Shown here one piece after another: positions 29,212 through 36,550 of a stretch of 64,000 nt of DNA. Below the pieces are notes generated by a model. The model was given only the letters and a program-made list of their open reading frames with translations, had not been told where the DNA came from and searched no databases. The DNA is from Dehalococcoidia bacterium (GTDB taxonomy: Bacteria > Chloroflexota > Dehalococcoidia > GIF9 > AB-539-J10). The stretch's first letter is position 1; the number at the start of each line of letters is the position of its first letter. The stretch is from positions 662 through 64,661 of the forward strand of contig WJOY01000027.1 of NCBI GenBank assembly GCA_009619075.1. The letters run 5' to 3'. The position numbers and the translations under genes were made by a program.

Positions 29212-30887
29212 AAGTTGGAAATTCCCTTGGTTTGCATGACAGGTTTCGTTTTCACTGTGATTTGTTTGTTTTCTAATTGAAAGACGATGTTTTTCGACCA
29301 CCCCTCGTCTAATTCAGGATAATCTTCCCTACGGTGTGCTCCGCGTGTTTCTGTTCTCATCCTCGCAGCTAATGTAACAAATCGCCCAATCATTAGGAGA
29401 TTCACAACCTCTAAAAGCTTAGCAAGTGTTTTAAACGACCGTTCGCCCACAAGGCATAGGTTACCTATTTTGTTTTCCCTAGTCTTATCAAACGTTTGAA
29501 TAGCCTTTCGAAGTCCATCTTCGTTTCTAATAACTCCCACATACTTCCCCACGATCCCTGTGATTTCTTCCTTTACCTCGAGAGGATCAAAACCTTTGTC
29601 TCGCTTGAAAATTTCCACGATGAGATTTCTGACTAAGTTAATTTGACTTGGAGGTATAGGTGTGCTCGAGACTGAAAGTGCCCTTTTTGCTGCCCACTTA
29701 CCTGCTATTGTTCCAAAGACCTGGGTTTCTGTTAAGGCATTTCCTGCCAGACGATTGGCACCATGGATTCCAGACGCCACTTCACCGGCAGCGTAGAGCC
29801 CATGTATTCCTGTCTCACACTTCTCATTGATGACAATCCCTCCCATAAAGTGATGGGCTCCAGGGGCCCACTCATATGGCTGCCACGTAGGATCAAAATT
29901 TTCTCCAGCGCAGGCCTTCATAAATTCCCTAAACTTATATAATTCCTCTTTTGGAACACCTGATAAATCACCAAACATTCCTCCATGTGGGGTACGCCGC
30001 CCGGCCTCTATTTCTTTCTGGGCACATATCGCCATTGCGTCGCGGGTAACAAGCTCCAATTTCTCAGGATAATATTTCCTCATGTAACGTTCACACAATC
30101 CGTTATAAAATCTTCCCCCAAAGGTCACCAGCCCGTCTGCTGGAGGGGGTGTCCCTCGCATCGCTTTAGGATAAATCATACATACCCTGCTCTGTATAAA
30201 TTCCATGTCCGATAACTGGGCGCACACCTTATATGCCAGAGCATATCCATCTCCGGCGATATCAGATGGATTGGTTGTAAACGGATATAAATTCCCAGCT
30301 CCCCCGGTAGCAAGAATTACCGCTTTAGCATTTATTATTAAAATGGTATCTGTTTCGAGTTCTAAACCTACAGCACCCACAACTGCATTTTTCTCTTTGA
30401 TCAAATCAGTTATCATCACGTGACTAAGGAAATCAATACCGAGCCTCTTCACCTCCTCAATCAGCCCCTTGATATATCCTCCATGGTAAGGCTCAAGCGC
30501 TAAAACACCCCGCGGGACCGAATTGCCAGTAAACGGAAAAGGCTTGTAACACTCACCCTCCTTTTCGAATTCAGTCCTGTACCGCTCAAGATCCTTAACT
30601 CTTTCGGGTGCATGATTTACAAGTATTCTCACTAATTTTTGGTTATTCAGATAACAACCTGCACGGATCGTGTCCCTAAAGTGGCGGTCCACACTATCTT
30701 GCTTAGCAAAAGCCGCTGACATCGCCCCCATCGCAACAGTCGTACAACCAGAGGGAAAGTCTCCCTTCGAGACAATCAGAACTTTGGCACCCACATTCTG
30801 GGCTTCGATGGCAGCTCTCAACCCTGCACCACCAGCGCCCATGACTAAAACATCTGTTTCTAAGAGCCTTTCCTTTATTTCTGGCAT
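29208..30887 (-). CDS. FAD-dependent oxidoreductase, fumarate reductase/succinate dehydrogenase flavoprotein-like
   Basis: 559 aa with a DVLVMGAGGAGLRAA dinucleotide fold and C-terminal ETRGAHRREDYPELDEGW. The His for covalent FAD is replaced (GCTTVAMGAM). No Fe-S subunit is adjacent. Confidence 0.8.
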   Translation of the reverse strand: MPEIKERLLETDVLVMGAGGAGLRAAIEAQNVGAKVLIVSKGDFPSGCTTVAMGAMSAAFAKQDSVDRHFRDTIRAGCYLNNQKLVRILVNHAPERVKDLERYRTEFEKEGECYKPFPFTGNSVPRGVLALEPYHGGYIKGLIEEVKRLGIDFLSHVMITDLIKEKNAVVGAVGLELETDTILIINAKAVILATGGAGNLYPFTTNPSDIAGDGYALAYKVCAQLSDMEFIQSRVCMIYPKAMRGTPPPADGLVTFGGRFYNGLCERYMRKYYPEKLELVTRDAMAICAQKEIEAGRRTPHGGMFGDLSGVPKEELYKFREFMKACAGENFDPTWQPYEWAPGAHHFMGGIVINEKCETGIHGLYAAGEVASGIHGANRLAGNALTETQVFGTIAGKWAAKRALSVSSTPIPPSQINLVRNLIVEIFKRDKGFDPLEVKEEITGIVGKYVGVIRNEDGLRKAIQTFDKTRENKIGNLCLVGERSFKTLAKLLEVVNLLMIGRFVTLAARMRTETRGAHRREDYPELDEGWSKNIVFQLENKQITVKTKPVMQTKGISNF

Positions 30888-30890
30888 TTT

Positions 30891-32069
30891 TTACCTTTTC
30901 TCGAATTTTTCATTAAAAATATTCTTCGGAATATACGCATAACCCTTCATCAAACATCGAGCCGTTCTGTCCACGGTCGCTTTCTTAAGCACAAAAGCTC
31001 CATTTTCATTATCCACCTTACCCTCACTGATAATAATACCTGCAGGATGACCGATATGGAGCTCGCCTTTCTCAATGATTCCGCGCCGAGCTACCTGGTT
31101 TGCTATAGTGCCGGGAATCATTGCAGCTGCTACTGTGCAAATTGTTCCTGTGACAGGGTAAGTCTTATGCATTTTTTGCATGAAAAGTAGTCGAATAGAT
31201 AAGTCCATGGAATTTTCATTCACCAGTTTGCCAGTAGTCCAATCTCTATAAGATATGGGAGGAGCACAGATAGCAAAAAATGGTATATAAGGCCGTTTGC
31301 TTGTTGCCTTCCTCCAATCATCCACAAGACCGATTTTTTGTGCTGCAAAACTCCTTATCTTTTCAATTCTTGCTAGCAATTCTGCATTAGAGTCTATTTC
31401 TTGAGGCGTTTCGACACCAGTAAGGCCTAGATCTTTCGCTCGGATAAAGACCAAAGGATTAGCTGCATCAACAAGAGAAACCTCAATATCTCCTTCGTCC
31501 TCTACGTGTAGAACATCGGTAACATTTCCTGTGGGGAGAAGTTTACCCGTGATAGCCCCGGCACTATCTGAGAAATCTAAAACTATTTTTGCACCAGTTC
31601 CGGGAACTCCTGGAATAGCGTGGCTACCTTCGACTTCAGCTTTATTGCCTTTCACTGGGACCTTGGCAATAATAACGCTGTTGGTGTTTACCTGATGTAT
31701 CCTAACTGTCGTTATTGGCTCTATAGCATCCACAAGCCCTTCATCAATGGCAAAGGGGCCTACAGCCGATGAGATATTTCCGCAGTTTCCCACGTAATCA
31801 ATCATGGGCTCCACCATATTCACCTGGCCAAAAAGGTAGTCGACATTGCAATCTTCTCGGCTTGACGGTCCGATTATGGCTAACTTACTCGTTAATGGGT
31901 CGGCTCCCCCCAATCCATCGATTTCGCGGATATCGGGAGCCCCAAATATCCGTCGGATAATACGATCCCTAAGCTCCTCGTCTTTCGGAAGATCGTTTCT
32001 CATTAAAAAAATGGCCTTACTAGTACCACCACGCATAATACAACATTTGATTAACTCTTGATTTTCCAT
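30891..32069 (-). CDS. PrpF / 3-methylitaconate isomerase family protein
   Basis: 392 aa with blocks MRGGTSKAIF, EIDGLGGADPLTSKLAI and NCGNISSAVGPFAIDEGLV. Confidence 0.8.
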   Translation of the reverse strand: MENQELIKCCIMRGGTSKAIFLMRNDLPKDEELRDRIIRRIFGAPDIREIDGLGGADPLTSKLAIIGPSSREDCNVDYLFGQVNMVEPMIDYVGNCGNISSAVGPFAIDEGLVDAIEPITTVRIHQVNTNSVIIAKVPVKGNKAEVEGSHAIPGVPGTGAKIVLDFSDSAGAITGKLLPTGNVTDVLHVEDEGDIEVSLVDAANPLVFIRAKDLGLTGVETPQEIDSNAELLARIEKIRSFAAQKIGLVDDWRKATSKRPYIPFFAICAPPISYRDWTTGKLVNENSMDLSIRLLFMQKMHKTYPVTGTICTVAAAMIPGTIANQVARRGIIEKGELHIGHPAGIIISEGKVDNENGAFVLKKATVDRTARCLMKGYAYIPKNIFNEKFEKR

Positions 32070-32277
32070 TTTATTGCCTCCTTACTTTCAAAAATGGTAC
32101 CTGCTCATCAAAGCCCATTTGGGCCATTATGGCTGCAATGATTCCGCTTCCATCCGGCTTACTGCCATGGCTATAAACTTCTTGGAATGGGTAGGGGTAA
32201 GAGTAATTATCGCTTTTGCCATTCTTAGCCTCCCTCTAGAATTTCAGGGTGTTTAATTTTGCCTCAATCAGATTTTC

Positions 32278-32371
32278 GTAGTGCGACCTTTTAAGGTCGT
32301 GCACGAGGCTAAAGCCTCGCACTACATTTGTAAACAGTCGCCCAATAAATTGGGCAACTACATTTTTAAAC
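32278..32371. repeat. multi-hairpin repeat D, copy 1
   Basis: The core is GTAGTGCGACCTTTTAAGGTCGTGCACGAGGCTAAAGCCTCGCACTAC (32278-32325). It is followed by CATTTGTAAAC, a GCCCAAT/ATTGGGC hairpin and CTACATTTTTAAAC. A near-identical core lies at 60997-61044. Confidence 0.8.
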
Positions 32372-32414
32372 GGCCTAGAATCTTACACACAACGTAAGCC
32401 GCAGGTTCTTGTAG

Positions 32415-32446
32415 TAGGCCGTACAGGGCTCGAACCTGTGACCCTG
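32415..32446 (-). pseudogene. orphan tRNA 3' fragment (T-arm plus acceptor 3' strand)
   Basis: The minus strand reads CAGGGTCACAGGTTCGAGCCCTGTACGGCCTA. This gives T-stem ACAGG/CCTGT, T-loop TTCGAGC and acceptor strand ACGGCCT-A, identical to the tRNA-Lys acceptor at 32615. I found no matching 5' half or anticodon arm upstream. Confidence 0.6.
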
Positions 32447-32614
32447 CCCAAAATGTGCGAAGCGCAAAAGATAAACTTACCTTTTCCCTCAAAGAGGGGG
32501 AAATTAAGGGAATTCGTATACCCCTTGAACTTTATGAGCTATTGCATTATTATAATATGAGGCTAATTGAAGTTGCTAGGGCTAAATTAAGTTTATGGCA
32601 GGAGATTAAATGAA

Positions 32615-32687
32615 TAGGCCGTGAGGGATTCGAACCCACGACACCCTGATTAAAAGTCAGGTGCTCTGCCATCTGAGCTAACGGCCC
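32615..32687 (-). tRNA. tRNA-Lys (anticodon UUU)
   Basis: The minus strand reads GGGCCGTTAGCTCAGATGGCAGAGCACCTGACTTTTAATCAGGGTGTCGTGGGTTCGAATCCCTCACGGCCTA. The cloverleaf was folded by hand: D stem GCTC/GAGC, anticodon stem CCTGA/TCAGG, loop CTTTTAA. No CCA is encoded. Confidence 0.9.
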
Positions 32688-32717
32688 ATTGAGTGCGATT
32701 AAAAGAATATGGCTCTT

Positions 32718-32990
32718 TTACTCCGATGTCAAAAGATGGGAAATATAACACGCGAAAGCGGGATGAACATCACAAATATAACCGCCATCAGTTGCTTCAA
32801 CGGAGAAAGCTACTCTGTATGGTTTTTTGATCGGGTCACCAAATTTGCTTAAACCTGTTTCATTCCAAGGCATATTATGTCCTAATATTTCCAGGAAACC
32901 TCTTACGTCCCTCGGTTGCTCTAACACTACTTCAAAGGGAAGCTGTTGAGATAGTCCTTTTAATTGCTTTGTCTTTAGCTTTATCCGCAT
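32718..32990 (-). CDS. hypothetical protein (90 aa)
   Basis: An ORF only, with no recognisable motif. It sits between tRNA-Lys and a repeat cluster. Confidence 0.35.
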   Translation of the reverse strand: MRIKLKTKQLKGLSQQLPFEVVLEQPRDVRGFLEILGHNMPWNETGLSKFGDPIKKPYRVAFSVEATDGGYICDVHPAFACYISHLLTSE

Positions 32991-33119
32991 CGCTACTAAG
33001 AATTATACTTTGCCACGTATCCAGTGTCAACAAACTGTACTCGTCCACGTGATTAGCGACACATTGCCCTTTCTCCTTCCCATCACGAGGGTAATCCCAA
33101 GCAAGCTTGGAACAAGGGC

Positions 33120-33235
33120 CGCAAGCCCTGAGATTGCCACACCACCATACCCTGGTCGGGGACAAGCCCCGACCCTACAAAATGTAACCGTAGTGGCGGG
33201 GTTCATCCCCGCCTTTTTCTCACAATGGCATAAAA
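33120..33235. repeat. cluster of small GC hairpins (types B and C)
   Basis: Type C is GGTCGGGGACAAGCCCCGACCCTAC (33154-33178). Type B is GTAGTGGCGGGGTTCATCCCCGCC (33190-33213). Confidence 0.8.
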
Positions 33236-33294
33236 AAACTGCCCCAGGTGTCACCCATCTATCTGAACGAGATCACAAACGCCTTGTAGCCGAC

Positions 33295-33828
33295 TTATGT
33301 TCTCCGCCAACCAAGGATAGCTAAGGCCCCCAATCCTACGCCAGCGATTACCGCTCCCAGCCAGCCAAGCAGACACAGGCTGGTGACAATTGCTCCGGCA
33401 ATGACAACCCCTATAACAATGGATAGGAAGGCATACCGTAATCTTAAGCCGAGCAGGAAGGCAGCGATTGACCCAGTCCAGGCGCCAGTTATAGGGAGGG
33501 GGATGGCTACGAACAATGTCAAGCCAATTTTTTCATACTTTTCAATGGTCTTCCCTTGTCGCCTGGTGTGGCTAAAAACCCAGTTGATCACCCTTCGGCC
33601 TACCTCCACGCGGCTGACAGCCTTAGCCAACGAGTCTAAAAACAGTAAAAGGATTGGCACAGGTAGCAGATTGCCGATAACGGCTAAGCAAAAGGCTTTA
33701 TACCATGGCATATGGAACAAGTTTATAGCTATGGGCAAAGCTCCTCGCAACTCCACCACCGGCAAAGCCGATACAATTACAATTATCAGCTCCCGAGAAA
33801 TATTCCAGCTCAGGAATTCCTCAATCAT
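33295..33828 (-). CDS. small polytopic membrane protein (COG2426 / small multidrug export-like)
   Basis: 177 aa with 4-5 predicted TM helices. The PVVELRGALPIA block is the one I associate with that family; the assignment is from memory only. Confidence 0.5.
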   Translation of the reverse strand: MIEEFLSWNISRELIIVIVSALPVVELRGALPIAINLFHMPWYKAFCLAVIGNLLPVPILLLFLDSLAKAVSRVEVGRRVINWVFSHTRRQGKTIEKYEKIGLTLFVAIPLPITGAWTGSIAAFLLGLRLRYAFLSIVIGVVIAGAIVTSLCLLGWLGAVIAGVGLGALAILGWRRT

Positions 33829-33937
33829 AGCTCCTCGGCTATTATATCACCGAGGTCATCAGAATGGTCTAACGAGTCGTTAGTCACTAGTCCCCCTCCT
33901 GACTGCTGACTCGTAAGACTAGCGGCTGTGGTTGGAG

Positions 33938-34001
33938 TGCTCAGGACAGGCTCCGTGAAGGGGAAGAATCTTTAGACCCTTCGCTATCGCTCAGGGTGAC
34001 A
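33938..34001. repeat. GGACAGGCTCCG / GAAGAATCT / CAGGGTGACA repeat copy
   Basis: TGCTCAGGACAGGCTCCGTGAAGGGGAAGAATCTTTAGACCCTTCGCTATCGCTCAGGGTGACA closely parallels 12321-12375. Confidence 0.75.
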
Positions 34002-34087
34002 AGATAAATAGTTCTATATCACCAGGTATTGTTTGCCTAGCCCTTTTACTTTATAATTCCTTACCTAAACAGTGGACTTAGACTAGC

Positions 34088-34933
34088 ATGCACGTCAGCA
34101 ATCAGAAGGTTTTAATTGCCATTATTGCCATTACCTTGCTTTTATTCCCCTTGGTTGCCTTTACCAGTGGGGTCTTACGCATTATTTTTGGTCTTTGCCT
34201 TATCCTCTTCTTTCCTGGTTATACCTTACTCTCAGCGATTTTCCCCAGGAAAGGCGACCTCAGCGGCATTGAACGGGTAGCCCTGAGCTTCGGCTTGAGC
34301 ATTGCTATAGTGCCGCTTATGGGGCTGATACTCAATTATACCCCCTGGGGCATCCGGCTCTATCCTATCCTTATCGCTATTACCATTTTTATCTTTGCTG
34401 CTGCTGCCATTGCCTGGCAGCGGCAAAAGAGATTGCCATCACAGGAGCGTTTCGAAGTTATTTTCACCGTTGCATTGCCACAATGGGCCGGAATGAGCAA
34501 ATTGGATAAAGGTCTCTCCATTAGCTTGGTAGTGGCCATCGTGGCCGCTCTGGGTTGTCTGGGATATGTCATAGCCAATCCCAAGCAAGGTGAGAAATTC
34601 ACTGAGTTCTATATCCTCGGTTTGGAGGGTAAGGCGGAGAATTATCCCCAACAAGTCACAGTTGGTGAGGAAGCCAGAGTAATCCTGGGCATTGTCAACC
34701 ATGAGTATCAGCCGACAAGCTACCGTGTGGAGATAGAGATAAATGGAGTCAAGGATAAGGAAATATGCACCGGTATATTGGCTCACGAGGAGAAGTGGGA
34801 GCAAGTGGTGGGATTCACTCCAGAAGAAATGGGGGTAAAGCAGAAGGTGGAATTCTGGCTATATAAGGATGATGCTCTACAGCCCCATCTTGAACAGCCA
34901 CTTCATCTTTATATTAATGTTAACAGTAGTTAA
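34088..34933 (+). CDS. DUF1616-like membrane protein
   Basis: 281 aa. An N-terminal TM region carries FFPGYTLLSAIFPRKGDLSGIERVALSFGLSIAIVPLMGLILNYTPWGIRL, which is characteristic of DUF1616 as I recall it. A soluble C-terminal domain follows. Confidence 0.6.
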   Translation: MHVSNQKVLIAIIAITLLLFPLVAFTSGVLRIIFGLCLILFFPGYTLLSAIFPRKGDLSGIERVALSFGLSIAIVPLMGLILNYTPWGIRLYPILIAITIFIFAAAAIAWQRQKRLPSQERFEVIFTVALPQWAGMSKLDKGLSISLVVAIVAALGCLGYVIANPKQGEKFTEFYILGLEGKAENYPQQVTVGEEARVILGIVNHEYQPTSYRVEIEINGVKDKEICTGILAHEEKWEQVVGFTPEEMGVKQKVEFWLYKDDALQPHLEQPLHLYINVNSS

Positions 34934-34957
34934 ATCTCAATATTGTGTCAGAACGCT

Positions 34958-35166
34958 TTAGATTGCTTCGCTTTGCTCGCAATGACAAAAAGCCAATCGT
35001 AGTGGCGGGGTTCATCCCCGCCTCACCCCTTGGTCGGGGACCAGCCCCGACCCTACGAAGCTCATTTGCTCCACTATGTCATTGCGAGGGTGAGCCAAAG
35101 CCCCGAGCCGAAGTTGCGAGCCTAAGGCGTGGCGAACAGCGAAGGGGGAGCGACGAAGCAATCTCA
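34958..35166. repeat. composite repeat cluster (CATTGCGAG/GAAGCAATC words plus B and C hairpins)
   Basis: Components are GATTGCTTCGCTTTGCTCGCAATGAC (34961-34986), GTAGTGGCGGGGTTCATCCCCGCC (34999-35022), GGTCGGGGACCAGCCCCGACCCTAC (35032-35056) and GTCATTGCGAG...GCGACGAAGCAATC (35078-35163). Confidence 0.8.
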
Positions 35167-35204
35167 TGGCGGCCTAATTCAGGCGAAATGTTATAATCTT
35201 TGCC

Positions 35205-36377
35205 ATGTACGATGTTATTGTAGTCGGCGCTGGCCCAATAGGAAGCTTCATCGCCTCCAGATTAGCTGAGCTTGGCTATAGAGTAATCGTCTTGGAGCAA
35301 AAAGAAGGTGTGGGCGAAAACGTCTGCTGCACAGGCATCATCAGTGTTGAATGCTTTAATACCTTTAACCTCGATGCTACTATTCTTAGAGAGATGAGTT
35401 CGGCTAAGTTCTTTGCTCCATGTGGTGAATTTATCAGACTTGAGAGAGGAACCCCGCAAGCTTACATAATCGACCGTGCTAGTCTGGACAAAAGCCTGAG
35501 GGAGCGTGCTCAGCGACATAGTGCTAACTACCTTTTCTCTGCCTCGGTGGTAACTGTTACTCCTGAAACAGATTGCGTTTCGGCCACAGTTGATTATCAC
35601 GGCAAACAGAGGACATTTACTGCTCAGGCAATCATCCTGGCCTGTGGCTCTAACACCAGGCTCCCTGAAAAACTTGGATTGGGGAAAATTACTAACTTTG
35701 CTTTTGGCGCCCAGGCTGAGGTAGATACAGATATAGATGAGGTAGAGGTTCATTTTGACCAGAATCTTTCTCCCGGTTTTTTTGGCTGGCTTGTGCCCAC
35801 CAACCATGATAAGGGACTGGCGGGATTACTCGTCCCTAATGCCCCAGCTTTATATCTGAAAAATTTTCTCCATCACCTCCGGGCTCAGGGCAAGATAGCC
35901 TCAACCGAAGCCGAAATGAAGTTTGGCACAATTCCTTTAAGCACTCTACCTCGAACCTATGGTGACCGCATAATAGCAGTTGGCGACGCTGCCGGCCAGG
36001 TCAAACCTACCACTGGTGGCGGGATATACTACGGATTGTTATGCGTTGATATAGCTGCTGAATGCCTGCACCAGGCCTTTCTGGCTAATGACTTCTCCGC
36101 AGCCAGGCTTTCTTCATACGATAAGCAATGGCGAGCCAAACTTAACCGCGAGCTTCAAAGCGGCTACCGGGTGCAGCGCCTCTACAAAAAGCTCAGTAAC
36201 CGACGCATTGACTATTTATTTCGAGTAGCCCAGGATAATGGCATCCCCAGGCTTATAGCTGAGTGGCCAGACTTCTCCTTTGACTGGCACGGGCCATTCA
36301 TTGCCAAAGTATTGAAATCTCTTGCTATAGCAGCACCTCTCCAGCCAATCACACGTTTGTCAAAGCACGGCAATTAA
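35205..36377 (+). CDS. geranylgeranyl reductase family FAD-dependent oxidoreductase
   Basis: 390 aa with YDVIVVGAGPIGSFIASRLAELGYRVIVLEQ and AVGDAAGQVKPTTGGGIYYG. Confidence 0.8.
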   Translation: MYDVIVVGAGPIGSFIASRLAELGYRVIVLEQKEGVGENVCCTGIISVECFNTFNLDATILREMSSAKFFAPCGEFIRLERGTPQAYIIDRASLDKSLRERAQRHSANYLFSASVVTVTPETDCVSATVDYHGKQRTFTAQAIILACGSNTRLPEKLGLGKITNFAFGAQAEVDTDIDEVEVHFDQNLSPGFFGWLVPTNHDKGLAGLLVPNAPALYLKNFLHHLRAQGKIASTEAEMKFGTIPLSTLPRTYGDRIIAVGDAAGQVKPTTGGGIYYGLLCVDIAAECLHQAFLANDFSAARLSSYDKQWRAKLNRELQSGYRVQRLYKKLSNRRIDYLFRVAQDNGIPRLIAEWPDFSFDWHGPFIAKVLKSLAIAAPLQPITRLSKHGN

Positions 36378-36385
36378 GTTAAAGT

Positions 36386-36550
36386 ATGGCTCATAATATG
36401 AAAGAACAAAGTAAGAGCTACCAGAAACTTGTCATAATGCTTCCCACACTCAATGAAGAGGGAACTATTGGCAAGGTTATTGATGAAATCCCCAGGGCAA
36501 TGCTGGAGGAAAGAGGCTACCTAGTTAGGGTTCTAAAGGAGAGAGAATGA
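36386..36550 (+). pseudogene. 54-codon N-terminal fragment of a GT2 glycosyltransferase
   Basis: My translation is MAHNMKEQSKSYQKLVIMLPTLNEEGTIGKVIDEIPRAMLEERGYLVRVLKERE. It matches the first beta-alpha unit of GT2 enzymes (compare ISIVIPARNEKDGIEKTIRAIP at 42679) but stops before the DxD region. Its stop overlaps the next gene's start (ATGA). Confidence 0.55.

Noticed and set aside
32461-32600. A possible 5' half or intron that would complete the orphan tRNA fragment.
   Set aside because: On the minus strand upstream of the fragment I found no AGGCCGT/GGGCCGT acceptor strand, D-arm or anticodon stem. The segment is AT-rich with only a small GCGAAGCGC hairpin.
33010-33324. ORFs composed of repeat words: 33010-33324, 33027-33254, 34945-35196, 59265-59540, 59327-59551, 12118-12372 and 11392-11784.
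   Set aside because: Their sequence is almost wholly the GC hairpins and CATTGCGAG/GAAGCAATC words that recur in both orientations. The peptides (for example GRGPAPTLR and VAGFIPA) are by-products of the repeats.
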